This document shows, one piece after another, positions 21,949-25,000 of a stretch of DNA of 25,000 nt. Positions within the stretch are counted from its first letter, which is position 1, and each line of letters opens with the position of its first letter. The stretch is from Takakia lepidozioides. Its lineage: Eukaryota > Plantae > Bryophyta. The position numbers and the translations under genes are program-made. The stretch lies in NCBI GenBank assembly GCA_030704615.1, contig JAKLZA010000273.1, forward strand, positions 1 to 25,000, read 5' to 3'. The notes beneath the pieces were generated by a model. The model saw only the letters and a list, made by a program, of their open reading frames with translations, was not told the origin of the DNA and made no database searches.

Positions 21949-21979
21949 CCTTGTGGCCATTGATCTCATCCCCAGATTG
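21949..21979 (-). mobile_element. Degenerate RTEX-like 3'-end remnant between GA tracts
   Basis: ccttgtggccattga-N7-cccagattg vs element ccttgtggccattga-N7-cccagtttg (same spacing). GA runs lie at 21896-21908 and 21984-22012. Confidence 0.65.
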
Positions 21980-22240
21980 GGAAAGAGAGAGAAAGAAAAT
22001 GAGAGAGAGAGAACAAATTGTTTGTGAATCCTCAACCACCTTCCCACCTCAAAACAGATCGTCTGCATGCTCCTTCCTGATCATCCTGCCTCACTGTTAC
22101 TCGGTTGCAGTAACTAAACATTACCTCTTGTACCAGTAATAAAACACACCAAAGAAACACTAGCCCCAGCAACTGGAGACACTTTACCTTTAACTATATA
22201 GCAGATAAATTTTTTGTTTTGTTTTTCAATAAGGAAAACT

Positions 22241-22317
22241 GGAGCGACAGCTCACAATTCAGGACTTTTACTACAGAGGAGGGGGAAAAATGAACCCCCT
22301 TTCATATAAGCCATGAA
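22241..22317. repeat. About 75-bp diverged repeat (second copy 22770-22843)
   Basis: ggagcgacagc.cacaattcag...gaggagggg...aacc..c.tttcata...ccatgaa in both copies. Confidence 0.8.
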
Positions 22318-22769
22318 CCTTACAGGAGGTACTACATAGCTACAAAACTATACCATACAGGACACAGTAGCAGGATTTGAAAGTACTGAAAATACTGAAA
22401 ATAACCCCTTTCAAAGTACCTCTTTCAAAATAACCCCTTTCAATTGACATTTCAGAGTCCCTTTAACGAAATAAAAATAAAACCCATCAACTTTCCTATG
22501 TCCCAATTTTGGTCACAGTTGGTGGAAACAGCTTACAGCCAAAATTAGACATGTTTGATCTGTGTAGCAGACAACTGCAATGTGCGTGCTAACAACTTCC
22601 AAATGCATTTGCAAGTCTTGTTTTCATTTAGGCCTCTTCGTTCGTCATGCATTGCTACTGTATTTACGCATTTACCACATTTTGCAGGCTGGTTTAGTAA
22701 GTTTACTTCTCTACAACGCTACAGTTTGATTGATTTGTTTCCTCATTACGTTATTATTCAAGGGAAGAG

Positions 22770-22918
22770 GGAGCGACAGCCCACAATTCAGCCTTTTAAG
22801 AGGAGGGGACTCGAAGAGTAACCTTCCTTTCATAGACCATGAAGGCAGGAGACTGGAAGGTAGCGTGATTCAAACCCAGGTGGCACAGTGTGCACTATCC
22901 AATTGAGCTACCAACTGC
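22770..22918 (-). mobile_element. Putative tRNA-derived SINE remnant (Pol III A/B boxes followed by the repeated 75-bp body)
   Basis: Minus strand: TAGCTCAATTGG (A box, 22910-22899) and GGTTTGAATC (B-box-like, 22876-22867). The spacing is too short for an intact tRNA. The downstream part is repeated at 22241-22317. Confidence 0.5.
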
Positions 22919-23150
22919 TGGTCTCTAATAATCCGGTGCTGCAAACATGGAGATACTGCATAAAGTCGAAGGAAGTCTCAAATCGTTAATTCATGGATCC
23001 AGTGTGGAGCCCAACTGCAATATGGGCTGCCCATTTGATGGGCTGCCGCTGTGCCTGATCAGATTCAAGTCTAGCTCATGTGAAAACTGATGTACAGGGA
23101 AGCTTGAAGAACTACTATATCATCAGCAGTAGTTGTTCTTGCTCATCAAG

Positions 23151-23171
23151 TTTAGGTTTAGGTTTAGGTTT
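23151..23171 (+). repeat. (TTTAGG)3.5 telomere-like short repeat
   Basis: tttaggtttaggtttaggttt. Confidence 0.6.
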
Positions 23172-25000
23172 CATAATTCAAGCGCTATTCATATTCAATG
23201 CAACCTGATGACTGCTGCACTGAACTATCAGCCGCGCTTGTTACCTTAACTTATTATATGTTTTCAGACAATTAATCGCCCTTATTTTGAAGGGTATGAA
23301 GGTTGTCGTGATCGACTGGCTACCTGGACATGATATTGACACGAATCCGTCTGTCTTGGGCCCCGGAAGATTGTCCCCTGCATTAAGACTTTGAAATCGA
23401 CCATCAGTGCACACGGATGTACGCCTTGTTACTTGTTACCTTCAAAGCTCTAGAAATGCACTGGATTTGTCGTATGGAGTTAAAACAAGTGGATTCATTA
23501 ATGAGCATATAGTGAAACGAACCCGCAGCACAACGGTCCACAACCCAGACTTCTCAAGTCAGGCTAACTCACATGAGGGAGCTCCAACAAGCTTCTTTCG
23601 TGCAGCTGGCAACCGACGAAAGCTACGCTAGGCTACTTACCTTGTCACTGGCAGGTCGATCACACAGTCTACAGAGACCACTGCAACCTTCCGACTCTGC
23701 TAGGCTCTCTAGCAATTGCACAAGGAATAACTTAACTTTGGAAAGAGACTCAGACTTGCGCAACCCAAAAATCCTGGCAGGCTTCGCAGCGCACACAACA
23801 CGACAGGCGACCTCATCACTCTCCCCGCCCGCGACGGGGCTCACGCAACCCTAATAATCATCGCCGCTCATGCCACCATTACTGCTCATTCTGTACCCCA
23901 ACCCACTCATTACTCGCTGCGCATTCTGCTCCTCCTTTGTCTCTCCAACATCTGCCTATATATTGCCTGCGGCTCCTGCTCTTCGGTGAACAAACGCATG
24001 TGCGCAGCAGTAAGATAAATGGAAGATGACTCTTGTCATCTACCAAAACAGATGAAATGCTGTAGGTCAACCTTTAACAGTTATCCCTCCGTTTCTGCGC
24101 AGCTCAACAGACGACCATTTAGGGGGGACGACGGCGCAATGGAAGGCAGCGCATCGAGTAATAAAAGTCCCCCAACAGCCATCTTGTTTGAAATACTCCC
24201 CGCATCGTGGACCCACCAACCAAACTTTAAGATACGAGGAATGTGGTGACTGCTTATTATCCTCTTGCCAGAATCTGGCAGCCAGATTCACTCTCCCTCG
24301 GATTTCATCACCACCATTCAATGATTTGTTGACTCGCAAGTTATGAAGTGTCAGCGATGTGCGCGAGGCGGAGTCAACGACATGACTGCCACGATAACTA
24401 TAAACCAGCTGCTCGTCGCACCAATCTTCATCTCGGATGGCGTTGGTGACTCGTGAAAGCGCGAGCGAGAATGAGACACTGAATGCGCGCTGTGATGGAT
24501 CATGGGCCGGCCCGCTGCTCATCAACGCCACGCCACTCACACCAAACTATCGTATCTCTGGCATTCAACGCCGGACCGCCGACCACACTGACGGAAACCG
24601 TTGGACAGACACTCACGTACGTCGACGGCCCCACGTACCATCACACGTACACCTCGCATCCCGTGTCTTCGTCCGTCAGGGACGCACGTCGACGCGTCTG
24701 TTCGTCCCCCGCTCTCCGTCTGCCGGCCCGCTGCAGCTGGCGGCGGGGCCGGCGCTCATTTACCCCCGCCGCTCCGCTATGTTTAGCGGCGGTGACGTGG
24801 CGCTGGCCCTGTGCTTGGTTGGCCCAGCTTCATCCCGCACGTGGCGCATTCAATAGTCGTCAACCCTCGGCTTTATTCTCCTTTTGACTCTCTACTTTCG
24901 CTTTATTTTCCACATCCTTTGTTGTGGGATCTCTCTCTATCAGCGCCCTTGTATCCACATTAACTTAACAACAGTAGACATGAGATCTACTTGTTGTCGA

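Noticed and set aside
22860-22918. Functional tRNA gene
   Set aside because: A-B box spacing is only about 22 nt, with no convincing anticodon arm or acceptor stem.

Overview
Eukaryotic nuclear DNA, most likely from a seed-free land plant. The evidence is GT-AG introns, PLS/E-class PPR fragments, a DUF2921-like fragment, plant-type dienelactone-hydrolase (DLH) exons, and a Chibby-like ciliary gene that suggests flagellated sperm. One gene looks intact: a 5-exon, 534-aa divergent tocopherol-cyclase-like gene (15254-21894, +). The left 14 kb is a mosaic of decayed genes and fragments: an L1 LINE, two DLH pseudo-copies, PPR/DUF2921/CDC48 fragments, a 1-kb duplicated segment and a Chibby-like gene. 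Two observations stand out. (1) A spliced but now broken gene (6412-8371) has duplicated histone-H3-tail-like motifs (LATKAAxKSAP / RKSAP, the K27 context) and an acidic tract, joined by a phase-matched intron to a 2OG-Fe(II) oxygenase-like domain, and it ends in an NLS-like and a SIM-like motif. (2) An RTEX-like non-LTR retrotransposon family occurs about 7 times. Its ORF stops 6 nt before a (TC)n run, and most copies, from 13 bp to 2.7 kb, sit inside (TC)n microsatellites. A second element with a (CATTT)n tail and a tRNA-derived SINE-like element are also visible. All family assignments come from motif recognition by eye; no database searches were run.
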